IMG/VR virus record: IMGVR_UViG_3300037504_000213
Span: 1 to 64,000 of that record
Source: a virus
DNA length: 64,000 nucleotides
Strand: one strand, 5' to 3'
In this document: positions 19,610 through 30,190 of the stretch, one piece after another
How the letters are laid out: each line of letters begins with the position of its first letter
Numbering within the stretch: the first letter of the stretch is position 1
Notes under the pieces: model-generated
Databases searched by the model: none
What the model was told of the DNA's origin: nothing
Seen by the model: the letters and a program-made list of their open reading frames with translations, nothing else
Program-made: the position numbers and the translations under genes

Positions 19610-20596
19610 CTAAGCTAAGCAGTCCGATACGAGGAGTCCAGCCTCAGAGCTAACGACCACTTCGTCAACAAAGTGCTCGGCAACCATCTTGGTAAAGCCT
19701 TCCTCGTCATATCTGAATTCCTTGATTTGTCTTGGAACGCCGATATAGTCTGGAACCCATTCTACAATCGCACCAGCTGTTGGATTCATGAACGCTGGAG
19801 CGGCATCAACGTAACCCCACCAACAGTAATCGCCATCCCATATATCTGACATTGACGATTCCTCGCCCTGATCAGATGTGTCATAGATGGCTGTACCGAT
19901 AAGGATTCTTTCCATCTCCCACATAGCCTGAAGAAGCTGCACGGTGACCATAGCTGGTTGGCCGTTGGTCGCACCACCTTCTACACGAGCAAGCATATCT
20001 GGATGATTCCTGAGAGCCTGCCACGTCTTGGCACCCATAACAACAGTGTTTGGATACACGCCCATCTGTGTTCTGAACGTTTCTCTAATATCAAGGCCAC
20101 CCTTGATAACCTCAGCAGTGTCGTCATTAAACTGAGCGCCAAAGATGTTTGTCGCAGTATCAGAGTTGCTGCTCCAATTGCCACTCGTGTTAACCATGTC
20201 GGCAACACGCTTTTCCATGCTCAGGAACAGTGCGTCCATCGCCAATTCCATAGTTGTGGTTCGTATCAGCGGTCTAGCGGCATCATCTGCGATGTCAAGC
20301 GTGTGATCCAGCAATCTTTCACCGTGAGAATAGTTCTCACAATTATATGTCCCTGGATCCCCCATACCCCACGTCGATGTGGAGTACTTGGTGCCTGGAG
20401 CATGAGCAGTCGCCTTCAGTCTAAATCTGTCGTTCTTCTGTAACTTTCTGAACTGACCAGACTGCTGATCGGATCTGAACATTGGGAAAATGAGTTCGGC
20501 AATGTACTGCATGTTGGAGTAGCCCGTAGCCAGCTGGCTAAGGACACGGTTAATTGCATTGATTTGATTCTTACCTAAAGTTGGATTATAAGCCAT
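19610..20596 (-). CDS. Major capsid protein
   Basis: LSQLATGYSN..YIAELIFP, PNTVVMG..W.ALRNHP; GGAGG SD. Confidence 0.85.
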   Translation of the reverse strand: MAYNPTLGKNQINAINRVLSQLATGYSNMQYIAELIFPMFRSDQQSGQFRKLQKNDRFRLKATAHAPGTKYSTSTWGMGDPGTYNCENYSHGERLLDHTLDIADDAARPLIRTTTMELAMDALFLSMEKRVADMVNTSGNWSSNSDTATNIFGAQFNDDTAEVIKGGLDIRETFRTQMGVYPNTVVMGAKTWQALRNHPDMLARVEGGATNGQPAMVTVQLLQAMWEMERILIGTAIYDTSDQGEESSMSDIWDGDYCWWGYVDAAPAFMNPTAGAIVEWVPDYIGVPRQIKEFRYDEEGFTKMVAEHFVDEVVVSSEAGLLVSDCLA

Positions 20597-20607
20597 TATT
20601 GTTCCTC

Positions 20608-21045
20608 CTAGCTCGCAATGCCGTCGCCAGCATCAGTATCAAAGTGTGGCGGCAAAATGAGACCAGTACCCAACTTTGAACCACTTGTAAATGTTGGCCC
20701 AAGGTAACGACCGTATCTCGAAGACGCGCCAGAGGCCGCAACAACAGCGCCATTTGTGTGAACAGTAAACCAATCACCAGTGCTAAGACCATTGCTTGCT
20801 CTGACAATTGCCTCACCCATATAAACAAGTCTTACGAATTCACCAGGGCACGAAGAAAGGTTAAACTGTGACGGAAGCACTCCAAGTGCCGTTGGGTTGC
20901 TGGCACCAGTAGCCTTGGCGACATATGGAATTTCGTCATTTCTTGTCGCACTCCCGTTAGGGGCGAAAAAATAGCCCATATCAGAAGCATACAAAGCGTT
21001 TGAAGCACAAACCCCAATTGTAGCCTGCCATCCTTCAGTAGGCAT
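20608..21045 (-). CDS. Capsid decoration/cement protein
   Basis: Small Gly/Ala/Ser-rich gene between scaffold and capsid. Confidence 0.55.
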   Translation of the reverse strand: MPTEGWQATIGVCASNALYASDMGYFFAPNGSATRNDEIPYVAKATGASNPTALGVLPSQFNLSSCPGEFVRLVYMGEAIVRASNGLSTGDWFTVHTNGAVVAASGASSRYGRYLGPTFTSGSKLGTGLILPPHFDTDAGDGIAS

Positions 21046-22136
21046 TACATACCCTCCTTAATGAGTGTGGCGTATTCTGGCTTGTTGCTCATGTATACAA
21101 GCGCCTTGTTCAGGTCGCCACTGAACTTCTCGTCTGCAACCGATCTCATTGCATCAATCAGCTTTTGCTCTGGATCCCCGTCGCTAGATGGTTCTTCCGT
21201 AGAACCCTGCATCTGAAAGTTTGTCTTGGCAAGCTCATTGACTTTGGCCAACCAACCAAAAACTTCCTCTACCATTTCATCATTAACCCCAGAAACCAGC
21301 TTTGTTACAAAGCCAGCGTCTGGAAGAGCGTTAAAGTGCTCAACGCGAGCCTGTAACTCGGCGAACCGCATCTTCTGCTGCATCGCAGAAAAATTAGCCT
21401 CCATGTCCCGAAGGCGCTTTTCCATCTGATCGCGTTCGCGTGCCAACTTTTCGTTCTGCCGTCTCAGCAGGTTGTCAACATCGCTCGCGTGGTTAGCAAA
21501 GCCTTCAGGAGTGTCTGGCTGCGGCACCGCTTCAGCTTCAACGTCAGAAGCGTCGATAACCTCGACCTCTTCAACGTTTGGCTTGTTGCCGTGTTCATCT
21601 GCCATAATATCTCTCCTACTCGTTAAATCTGCGAATACAGCCGTGTTCTCTCCGAAATACGGCTGGTTGGTGAGGGCCACCGCAACTAAAACGTTGTCGA
21701 TTTCCTCACCATCTCTTTTCTGATATAATGTGTCGAAGAAGTTGGACCAAACCACTTCAGCGCTTGCATATTCATATTCTCCACGCGACAGAATATCCAT
21801 GCCAGCCTCGTTGTATTCTGGCGTGACATAAAGGCCTTCTCCTGGCTCATACCGAAGACCAGCAACGTTGCCAATCTTGGGCGGGTCTTCTGAGAAGCCA
21901 GGATGTCCAGCCCAAATTGGTATTTTCATGTCTGGGATATTGGCATCGAAGTTAGCTCTCATTTGTGCTAATCTGGCATCTGTGACCTCTATTTCTCTGT
22001 CTCCACGCTTAAATGTTCCAATAGGAAACAGAAGGAACTCTTTGCCTTGCTCTAGCTTGGCAAACTTATCATTCTTCCGTTTCTGTGTCTGGTTCAGATT
22101 CTCCCTCTGGCTCAGAATCCAATCCGTCTTCATCAT
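21045..22136 (-). CDS. Mu gpI-like prohead protease with C-terminal scaffold
   Basis: LFPIGTF, GH, YEYASAE, VALTNQPY; acidic coiled-coil C-terminus; GGAGG before ATG at 22136. Confidence 0.8.
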   Translation of the reverse strand: MMKTDWILSQRENLNQTQKRKNDKFAKLEQGKEFLLFPIGTFKRGDREIEVTDARLAQMRANFDANIPDMKIPIWAGHPGFSEDPPKIGNVAGLRYEPGEGLYVTPEYNEAGMDILSRGEYEYASAEVVWSNFFDTLYQKRDGEEIDNVLVAVALTNQPYFGENTAVFADLTSRRDIMADEHGNKPNVEEVEVIDASDVEAEAVPQPDTPEGFANHASDVDNLLRRQNEKLARERDQMEKRLRDMEANFSAMQQKMRFAELQARVEHFNALPDAGFVTKLVSGVNDEMVEEVFGWLAKVNELAKTNFQMQGSTEEPSSDGDPEQKLIDAMRSVADEKFSGDLNKALVYMSNKPEYATLIKEGM

Positions 22137-23466
22137 TTTGCATACCTCCAATTATTGCTTCTTTTTGCGCCTCTTTTTCTTCTATAGCCTTTTGGTATTC
22201 AGATTCATCAAATGGAAGGCTGGAGAGTTCGTGCATGAACTCACTGATTTTTTGTGTTGGCATGATATAGCCCTTGTCTGTCATAAGGCCAATAAACGCC
22301 CCCATCTTCTCAAGATCATAAGACATTGAGCTTGCTGGTTTAAACCTTGGTGCCTTGGTCAAGTCCATTCCGTTTATTCGCATCAGCCTTGGAATGGCAA
22401 ATCTGTTTAAGACATCAGATATTCTAGTGTTCATAACATCGATTGCTTGAAACAGAACATCAATAACGCGATCTGCCAATGCCTGAGTTCCAGTTGCGCT
22501 CATACCAAGAAAAATAAATTGTGCCAGTGCTGACATAGCCATTCTTTGCTCATAACGTTCAATAACGCCATGAAATGTGCCAGCCTGAAAACTGCCAGCG
22601 TTAAGCAACTCCAGCCTGATGCCCTTTCCTTCCTTGGCACCCTGGCCCATCTTTGCATATGGCAATACCACACCGCCACGCTCATCAATGCGAATGTCTT
22701 CAACTATTTGCTCTAGCTTTCCGCTTTCAATATCCTCTCTTGCCTCGTCTGAGGCATAGATCACTGGGAAGCCAGCACCCATGCGTTCTAGGGCTATTGC
22801 CTCTACTTCGCCAAGCCTTGTTGCATAATAATACGGAACATAGGCGTTCCTGAGCACAGATCTTCCTTCTGGCCTTGCCGAACCACCATAAGTATTGAAT
22901 AGCAGCATCTTTTCTATACTAACGTCAATTAGCTCACCACCCTCAGCACGTAGGTCTTGCCTGATCGACATTAAGCCGCCATGTGCATCTAGCCCCCAAG
23001 GTTCATCTACATAAAGGCTTTCTGCATCCCACGGTGCCCACTTACGCCACCCTATTTTCCCGTCATCGTATTTACTTGGCGTCGTGGCATCAAGCCCACG
23101 TCTGTATTTATATACAATTTCAAACACACTGAAACCATAATAAAGCATGGTGAATATCTGGCTTAGCGTATCAGACCATGAATGCGTCATGTCTTTCCAG
23201 CACTCGTCAACAAACTGAAATTCTTGTTCTCCGTCAGGTGCTGGCTCAAGTTTCCACTCAACAGACATAGCCATTAGCTGTATCGCCATGACGATAGCAC
23301 CAAGCACTGGATTGTTATCGCGCATCTCCCTATACGTCTTAAGGCCCTTTGCGCCCTTAAGGGACGGGAGGAAATCATCATACAGCTGGTTGTCATAGCG
23401 GTGCGGATCGTAATTGCCGTATTCTTGAAATTTACCGCGTCTTGGCCTGCCACGTAATCTAGGCAT
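22069..23466 (-). CDS. Portal protein (DUF935/Mu gp29-like)
   Basis: YREMRDN, YGFSVFEIVY, PEGRSVLRNAY, NRFAIPRL. Confidence 0.85.
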   Translation of the reverse strand: MPRLRGRPRRGKFQEYGNYDPHRYDNQLYDDFLPSLKGAKGLKTYREMRDNNPVLGAIVMAIQLMAMSVEWKLEPAPDGEQEFQFVDECWKDMTHSWSDTLSQIFTMLYYGFSVFEIVYKYRRGLDATTPSKYDDGKIGWRKWAPWDAESLYVDEPWGLDAHGGLMSIRQDLRAEGGELIDVSIEKMLLFNTYGGSARPEGRSVLRNAYVPYYYATRLGEVEAIALERMGAGFPVIYASDEAREDIESGKLEQIVEDIRIDERGGVVLPYAKMGQGAKEGKGIRLELLNAGSFQAGTFHGVIERYEQRMAMSALAQFIFLGMSATGTQALADRVIDVLFQAIDVMNTRISDVLNRFAIPRLMRINGMDLTKAPRFKPASSMSYDLEKMGAFIGLMTDKGYIMPTQKISEFMHELSSLPFDESEYQKAIEEKEAQKEAIIGGMQNDEDGLDSEPEGESEPDTETEE

Positions 23467-25144
23467 ACTTAAAATTCCTTCTTCCGCTTCCTAATAAACT
23501 CTTTGTCGGGTTTCGCCATTTGGATGGTCTTCTTGGTCCTCTAGGGCTTGCGTGATAATATGGTTTGTTAACCATACACAACACAAAAGCGTCTGCAAAG
23601 TCTGGGGATCGCCCAATCCTGGATTTAATCTTAGACTTTTTGTGAACATACCTTCTGTTTCTGGCATCTGTATCCCATGTGATGCTCGTTAGCTCACTTA
23701 GCAACATTTCGTAGTCTTCTTCTTCTATTCTGCTAAGATCCACTGGTGTGTCAGCCAAGGTTTGCGCTATGGCAAAATGTGTTTCAGACCGTAAGTAGTC
23801 ATACTGTTCTGGTACATTTGGAGATGCCCCGCCATTGTATGGAACTATATCCCAGTTTGGTGGTGCCTTGGTGGATAGAATATCTGTAATAGCACCGCCA
23901 CTTCCAACATCGTCTATCCTAACAGTAACTCTGTCATCTCTGTTTGCGACCATTAAAATACTGTGTAGTGCCCTGTTGGCACTGTCATCCAAATCTGCCT
24001 TTATCCAATACTCACACTTAAATACAACCCAACCACGTCTAAAAAACAAAACTGTCTTATCGGCACCATGTCTTGCCACATCAATGCCAACTGTAAGTGG
24101 CAAGTCGTTAAGACTATCCCAGTCCGTACTGCCATCTTCTTCAGAGTATGTTTCTCTCATTCTCGCCTGTTCAATATGCGTAATGTTGAACAAGTTGTCT
24201 GTTTGCGTTGTAGGAAAGCGGCCAAGCATCTTAGCTTCTGCCATAGGCTTGGGCTTGTACCACTCATTACTGTTAGGAGGAAACTCAAAGCAGTCTGGGG
24301 TAATTTCATTCATCGATACACGTTGGCACCACATTGGGTTGGTCAACTTGTCTTCAATCCAGTCCAACGTAACAGCACCTGGAAAAATTGGTGGTTTGCC
24401 ATCAAGTTGTGCCTGAATGTTTGGGTGCTCTAGCGTAGACACAGTAATAACATGCCAGCTGTTGTCTTTTTGGGCACGCCGTGCAGCATTATAAAAATAA
24501 CCATGAGACACAGTCGGGTTGCCAATAGCTAAGATATGGTTGCTTTGTCCAGTTGCAATAGAGTCTAGGCCCATCCATACCTCTGGCGCAATGCCAGGCC
24601 CCTCATCAAGGACAACAAGCATGTGCTCTGCGTGACGACCCTGCATTGCCGTACTTCCCATTTCATCTGAGCTTTTAGATACTTTGGGAGACATACCGTA
24701 AGCAAGGTGTTTTGGTGAATACTCATCTTTAATACGTAGCGTTAGTGGTTCCCCTGGTGCGTCATTGGGCCTAAGGTCATTGATCTCGCTCCACAAAACA
24801 TCTTTGACCTGTGGCCACGTTGGAGCCGTTGTGATAGTTAAGGATGGATCAAATGAATCAAAATGCCAGTTAACCAGGGCCGCCGCCAAGAACGTCTTAC
24901 CAACTCCATGCCCAGCCTTTACAAGTACGCGACGGTATTTCTGTACAGCATTCGCAATCTCTATCTGCTTGCTCCACAGCTTTACGCCAAGGATATTGTG
25001 TGCATATCCTACTGGATCGTTGGGATAAGCAGAGAAGCGCCTGTAGTTTTCTAGGCGCTTCTGCTCATCTTCGAGGTATGCTTTTAACTCCTGAAGTTCA
25101 TCAGGATCCATTTCGTCAATCCATTGCAGTTCGGCTCTCGGCAA
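23459..25144 (-). CDS. terL: Terminase large subunit
   Basis: Walker A GHGVGKT, Walker B VVLDEG, nuclease motifs GIDVARHGAD and SPDFADA. Confidence 0.92.
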   Translation of the reverse strand: MPRAELQWIDEMDPDELQELKAYLEDEQKRLENYRRFSAYPNDPVGYAHNILGVKLWSKQIEIANAVQKYRRVLVKAGHGVGKTFLAAALVNWHFDSFDPSLTITTAPTWPQVKDVLWSEINDLRPNDAPGEPLTLRIKDEYSPKHLAYGMSPKVSKSSDEMGSTAMQGRHAEHMLVVLDEGPGIAPEVWMGLDSIATGQSNHILAIGNPTVSHGYFYNAARRAQKDNSWHVITVSTLEHPNIQAQLDGKPPIFPGAVTLDWIEDKLTNPMWCQRVSMNEITPDCFEFPPNSNEWYKPKPMAEAKMLGRFPTTQTDNLFNITHIEQARMRETYSEEDGSTDWDSLNDLPLTVGIDVARHGADKTVLFFRRGWVVFKCEYWIKADLDDSANRALHSILMVANRDDRVTVRIDDVGSGGAITDILSTKAPPNWDIVPYNGGASPNVPEQYDYLRSETHFAIAQTLADTPVDLSRIEEEDYEMLLSELTSITWDTDARNRRYVHKKSKIKSRIGRSPDFADAFVLCMVNKPYYHASPRGPRRPSKWRNPTKSLLGSGRRNFKYA

Positions 25145-25658
25145 GCCGCTTATCCTCCAGTCTTCCCTTCGCCATTTCGCTTAGCCTACTCATTTGCTCC
25201 ATAATATCTTTCTTGAGCTGCTTCTTGTTTTTTGCAGAACGACTATTAGTTGTTTTCTCAAACTGTGATGGAAACCGCATTCTTAGTGTTTTCTCTGCGT
25301 AATCTGGATCCCCATGCGTCTCTCTGCCAGTTGCTCTAGACCACAAAACATTCCATAAATCAGTTTGAACAAACGCCTCTGCATAAGATATGCTGTCATA
25401 AAGATATAATACAATTTTCTCATATTCAGAAAGCCTATCTTTGTCTAAGGCCCCAGAAGCAATTTGTTCTGAGACATAATAAGCATCATCCATCATAGCC
25501 TCGAAAATATCGCTGTTGACTCCAGCCATTCTCGCCGCTTCTGTTGGCTTTGTCGCGGAATCCATGATGTGCATCTTGATTTTATTAATCTGTTCTTGAG
25601 TAATGCTATGACGCATCGTATATAACCATATCGATGTGATTTGCTTTTCTGTACTCAT
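25116..25658 (-). CDS. Putative terminase small subunit
   Basis: HTH-like N-terminus, directly upstream of terL. Confidence 0.5.
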   Translation of the reverse strand: MSTEKQITSIWLYTMRHSITQEQINKIKMHIMDSATKPTEAARMAGVNSDIFEAMMDDAYYVSEQIASGALDKDRLSEYEKIVLYLYDSISYAEAFVQTDLWNVLWSRATGRETHGDPDYAEKTLRMRFPSQFEKTTNSRSAKNKKQLKKDIMEQMSRLSEMAKGRLEDKRLAESRTAMD

Positions 25659-26115
25659 GGTTCTGTCTACAGGATGAGTATGGAGAATTAGGAAGAAGAG
25701 GGTCTGTCATGTTAGGGTCAATTCCATAACCCTCAAGCTCCCAGTAACTCCTGGAATGCCAACCACGAATCTGCCTTCCAGTAGTGTGTATGGCCAAGCC
25801 ACTTCTTTCTGGCTCTGGGTACATCATGACAGTAAAATACTGAAGATCAACACCATCAACCTGCTCTGGCATGGCAACCTCGTAACCGCTCTGCCGATGC
25901 CTGTTGGCATTGTGATACCTGTTGTCTTCCATGCGTATCAATGTCCTTAACCAGGGTTCATCATGGCGTCCAGCGTATTCTTTATTGCACTCAACACATA
26001 AAGAAAATCTTTTAGAAGACAATCTTCTGTTGCATATTGCGCAATGTTTTTTATCTATTTGATACCTGTTGTCCCTTATTGTTGTCATCATCATCACCAT
26101 TACTGTGACATTCAA
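25606..26115 (-). CDS. Hypothetical Zn-finger protein
   Basis: CAIC...CVEC. Confidence 0.45.
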   Translation of the reverse strand: MNVTVMVMMMTTIRDNRYQIDKKHCAICNRRLSSKRFSLCVECNKEYAGRHDEPWLRTLIRMEDNRYHNANRHRQSGYEVAMPEQVDGVDLQYFTVMMYPEPERSGLAIHTTGRQIRGWHSRSYWELEGYGIDPNMTDPLLPNSPYSSCRQNHEYRKANHIDMVIYDAS

Positions 26116-27166
26116 TCTCTTCCCTAATACTGTCTTTTAAAGACAGCCACCACGAAGATACAGTCTGCTGAGCAACACCATAGTGCTCACCTATTGTGCG
26201 TTGTAGGTGATTCTGCAATATTGCTGCCAAGATCCATTTGTCATGATCAGACAAACCCTCTACAACCGCCTTAAGCTCTGGGTTTTCAAACTCAAGTATT
26301 TCCAAAGGATCGCCCTGGAACTCAGTTATGGTCTTGGTCGGTACGCTTGAGTTAATTTCAGCAACCTCTGGGTGTTCATCAAGCCAAGTCACCAGGTCAC
26401 TTAACTTGCTGGACTTCATTGGCATTTCTTTGTCAACTGCCCTTAGCCATTCAATATCCTTCTCTGTATCCACCTCAACTCTATACTTTGGACGCCAATA
26501 AATATCGTCGTCCTTTAGTACACCAACCCTTATCTTTGAAGCATCCTTGAGGTCATTAATGTTCTTGTACATCCATTGTCCAGCGTGCTCAAGGTCATCC
26601 TTAGACTTGCTGTTTTCAACAATCATATCCCATGCCTTGATAGACCAAGGGCTTTCGGCTGATCCGTACAGCGGCCAATTTCGTTTACCATTTGCTGGAA
26701 GAGACTTTGGTATCATGACATCCATGTTGTGTAATGCCATGTGCTCATATGCCCATATTACATTGTTCCACTCAATGTACGGGCAATCGCCAAGACCCCT
26801 GAAGATGTACTTGACATCTGGGAACATGAGCCTCACCAAGTTCATGTTGTGTACAAGGTTGCCCATCTCAGATCGCGCAACCTTTATGCCACGCTTTTTA
26901 GCAACCTCAACAATAACGTCGTCACAGCTGTTAATTGTTGTTGCAATAGCAACACTAACATCTGGAGCGAAAAAAAACAATCGGTCAAGCCATTTTTCAA
27001 CTAGTGGCTTGCCATTTATGTCTGCCATCATCTTTCCGTGACGTCTCTTTGCGCTCATATGGGCGCATAAGACAACTAGCATATCTTTATTCAAACTCAT
27101 ATGTCCCCTCAAGATATTCAGCGCCAGCACGGGCGGCCATATCTGCCTCAATAACATTGTTGGCAA
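26051..27166 (-). CDS. SpsF/PseF-like cytidylyltransferase with C-terminal HTH
   Basis: AHMSAKRRHGKMMADINGKPL, IATT..DD, GDCP, EH, RVEVDTEKD; tail QRTIGEHYGVAQQTVSSW. Confidence 0.75.
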   Translation of the reverse strand: MPTMLLRQIWPPVLALNILRGHMSLNKDMLVVLCAHMSAKRRHGKMMADINGKPLVEKWLDRLFFFAPDVSVAIATTINSCDDVIVEVAKKRGIKVARSEMGNLVHNMNLVRLMFPDVKYIFRGLGDCPYIEWNNVIWAYEHMALHNMDVMIPKSLPANGKRNWPLYGSAESPWSIKAWDMIVENSKSKDDLEHAGQWMYKNINDLKDASKIRVGVLKDDDIYWRPKYRVEVDTEKDIEWLRAVDKEMPMKSSKLSDLVTWLDEHPEVAEINSSVPTKTITEFQGDPLEILEFENPELKAVVEGLSDHDKWILAAILQNHLQRTIGEHYGVAQQTVSSWWLSLKDSIREEIECHSNGDDDDNNKGQQVSNR

Positions 27167-28322
27167 CTACTATCACACTTCCAAGCCTATCGCCGTGGCT
27201 TTTAACACCATCAAACTTATCGCCAACCTTCTTATATTTGACCTCCATAACGCCAACCGCGCTATTCGTTGACGGCATTGGCATTTCATCGTAACATACG
27301 GATGGCTCTGGGCCACGTACAATAGTTCCGTTTTTAGGAAAGCCGTAGCGTTGCGAAAACCACTTGCCATTCCATGACACATTACCAGAAACATCGTGAT
27401 CCATGTCAAGGGCGTGCATTATCGCGTGCCCCACAATGTCCATTCCTGGAAACACGGCGTCAAATATATCTGACGCCAAGTAGCCGCCACTTAGCCTTGG
27501 TGCTATCTCAAGCACATAGATGTTTTCTCCGTCATATATGGTGTCAAGTTTTAATGCGGCTCCCTCTTCTACGCCGAAGACGTCAGCAACCTCATCAAAA
27601 GCCAATTTGTTTATAAGGTAAAGATCGCTGTTGATAACAGGACCAATACAGCCGTCCTCTACTGGATGTGTGCCAAAGGTTTTGTCGTAATTTCTCATTG
27701 CGACACCAATTAGCGGAGAACCAACGACACCCTCCACACTAAACTGCTTTCCTTTTATTTCCTCGGAGACAATAATGCTTCTAAGTATCTGTACATTTTT
27801 TGCACCCCTGCTTTTATTAGCTGTATATATATAAAAATTACCATGCTTCTTGGGCGGGGACAAGAAACTAACATAACCAGCCTTTTGCAATCCAGACAGG
27901 GTGCTATAAAGCCCCATTTTGTCAACACTCAGTATCGCAAGTTCTTCTGGAACAGCGGCTTTGCAAGACAACGATAGTGCAACTTGACATTGTACATCAG
28001 CGGCATCGGTTGCCGCGCACATTACACCATCAACCTCCAACCCGTCAATCAGTTGCTTGTAATACAATTCTCTGATAATTTCGTCTGCGTCATAGCATGA
28101 AGCCTTTACAAAAACATCAGCCTCTTGGACACAAAACGCATTTGGGTCCATGTCAATTGCCACTATGCGACAGCCAAGCTCCCGTGCACGATTATAGATG
28201 CTGGCAGCCTCTATGCCAGCACCCAACATCGCAATTGTCATCCCATTAGCAGCACCACGATCAACCTTCATCTGTGCCATCCTCACTCGCATCTCTGGGC
28301 GTACGGTCAGATTGTTCCTCAA
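27087..28322 (-). CDS. ATP-grasp ligase
   Basis: LGAGIE, D.DPNA, EEIKGKQFSVEG, LEIAPRLSGG, DRLGSVI. Confidence 0.8.
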   Translation of the reverse strand: MRNNLTVRPEMRVRMAQMKVDRGAANGMTIAMLGAGIEAASIYNRARELGCRIVAIDMDPNAFCVQEADVFVKASCYDADEIIRELYYKQLIDGLEVDGVMCAATDAADVQCQVALSLSCKAAVPEELAILSVDKMGLYSTLSGLQKAGYVSFLSPPKKHGNFYIYTANKSRGAKNVQILRSIIVSEEIKGKQFSVEGVVGSPLIGVAMRNYDKTFGTHPVEDGCIGPVINSDLYLINKLAFDEVADVFGVEEGAALKLDTIYDGENIYVLEIAPRLSGGYLASDIFDAVFPGMDIVGHAIMHALDMDHDVSGNVSWNGKWFSQRYGFPKNGTIVRGPEPSVCYDEMPMPSTNSAVGVMEVKYKKVGDKFDGVKSHGDRLGSVIVVANNVIEADMAARAGAEYLEGTYEFE

Positions 28323-28939
28323 TTCTTAATATCTTAACGACACCAGACCGCCTACAATATCTGGTAGCCTCTGGCTTTCCATCATCATTTTTAGAAATAT
28401 CGTATGTCATTGAACCCATTACTTCATGGGCGTGTTGCTTTAGCCACACCTCTGGATCTGTAGCAACAATACCATCTTGGTATACCTCATTCTTTACCTC
28501 ACCACCCAACGATGGGTCGATTTCGATATGTCTAGCAATATACATTTAATACTCCTTCAGTATTTCATTTACTTTCGCTACTGCAAAATCAATATCTCTC
28601 CATGCAAGTGTTGTAATGTTAGACAGCCGTCTAATTAACTGATCGTCAATCACTACATTGCTCACAAGGACACTTCTCTTCTGTTGTCTGCGTCTGTCCA
28701 CCAGCTTTACCTCTGTCAACATGCGTACTCCGTGCACAATATTCTCGTATATTGACAGTCTTATCATCTTTACTCCCAAGCGTATTCATGCCAACGTTAT
28801 TTATGGCTTCGCACACAGCATCCCATACAGACATTGGATCTATGAACGTGTTTGCACTAATACTGTGCGTTCCACCCCTAGTGCCCATTGCGAATTCACA
28901 GACAACACCTTCTTCATCGACCTGTATAAAAATTTCCAT

Positions 28940-30190
28940 TTATCCTTTATCCTTTATCCAAAGTTGAATTGCATCTAACGGCAGTTTGCTTTGCATCGCA
29001 TAATCCATCTTTACATAGTGTTCTCCTCTCGTAACAGCCCAAACCATGTCAACTGGAAGGCCGTGATCCCCAACGAAGCCTACAAACTGCTGTGGTGTTT
29101 GCCAATTTTGCTTGTGTGATGGCATAACTGGCACACCCCACGGAAATTGCTTCTCCAAAGGGACCTCAAGAATTAAAAGCCCACTTTCGCCTAGCATCGT
29201 CCATAGGTGCCATAGCGCAACCTCTGGCTCATCAAGATGTTCAAGCGTGTGGCACGACACAATGAGATCAAAGCCACCATGTGACTTTTTGTTGATAAGT
29301 GCATCTGGCAACGTGTTCCTTTCCATATCCCAATACACAAGGTGATTGCCCTCACTTCTACAATGAGAAAAATCAATATCAGCACCAACAACTTCACGCG
29401 CATATTTGTTCATTGCATTTGTGCCACTTCCCGTGCCACAGGCTGCATCAAGTGCAAGATCAAACCAGTCAACGTCATAGTGCTCAGACGCCAGCTTCAA
29501 GAACTTATTATATTTACCGTAATTTCCAAGGTCGTGCCTCTCAAACCAGCTTGGCTTATTTCTAATCTCCTGTACTGACATTATATCGCCGTATTCCCTT
29601 GGATAGCACGGCGCTGATTTGAACTCATCATCATGATGCAGTATATAGTTCCACGGCCTCATTTTCACGGAGCTTTCGTGTTCATGTGACGCAAGTTTCT
29701 GAACCGCCTCGCGTGAAAGTACGTCAGCACCAGCGTTCACGTTCCAGCTATGTGGAAGATGAACGTAGTCTAGGTCTTTATCAACAAGGAGTTTTATCTG
29801 CTGAGCAATAACTTCCTGAGACGAGTAAAACCTTGGAAAAATAGTTCTGACAATAACATCGTAATTGCATGATTCTGCGAAAACCCTCATTTGACCAACA
29901 AGATCTTTGTTTGGTAAAAAGTGGCGGCTTGCTATATCCCATATATTGCCGAGATAATCGAAGATGCTATTTTCTGGACCAAAGTCACTGCAAATCGTCA
30001 TACCCCAAGAATTGTCAAATGCTCCTGGTGCCCAGTTTGACTTGTCAAGAACATCAAGCCAACTCATGTCATCAACAATGTCTGTATGGTGGGCCTGAAT
30101 AAAAACACCTATCTTCTTACCCTTGTACGAACGCATTGACCTTCTCCTCAATTTTGTCTGCAATCCTGCACGCAGCGTCACTCCTGACAA
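28940..30190 (-). CDS. SpsF-like domain fused to a class I SAM methyltransferase
   Basis: YDVIVRT..P, LDYV, GADVLS in the N-half; LDAACGTGSG, FDLIVSCHTLEHL in the C-half. Confidence 0.7.
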   Translation of the reverse strand: MSGVTLRAGLQTKLRRRSMRSYKGKKIGVFIQAHHTDIVDDMSWLDVLDKSNWAPGAFDNSWGMTICSDFGPENSIFDYLGNIWDIASRHFLPNKDLVGQMRVFAESCNYDVIVRTIFPRFYSSQEVIAQQIKLLVDKDLDYVHLPHSWNVNAGADVLSREAVQKLASHEHESSVKMRPWNYILHHDDEFKSAPCYPREYGDIMSVQEIRNKPSWFERHDLGNYGKYNKFLKLASEHYDVDWFDLALDAACGTGSGTNAMNKYAREVVGADIDFSHCRSEGNHLVYWDMERNTLPDALINKKSHGGFDLIVSCHTLEHLDEPEVALWHLWTMLGESGLLILEVPLEKQFPWGVPVMPSHKQNWQTPQQFVGFVGDHGLPVDMVWAVTRGEHYVKMDYAMQSKLPLDAIQLWIKDKG

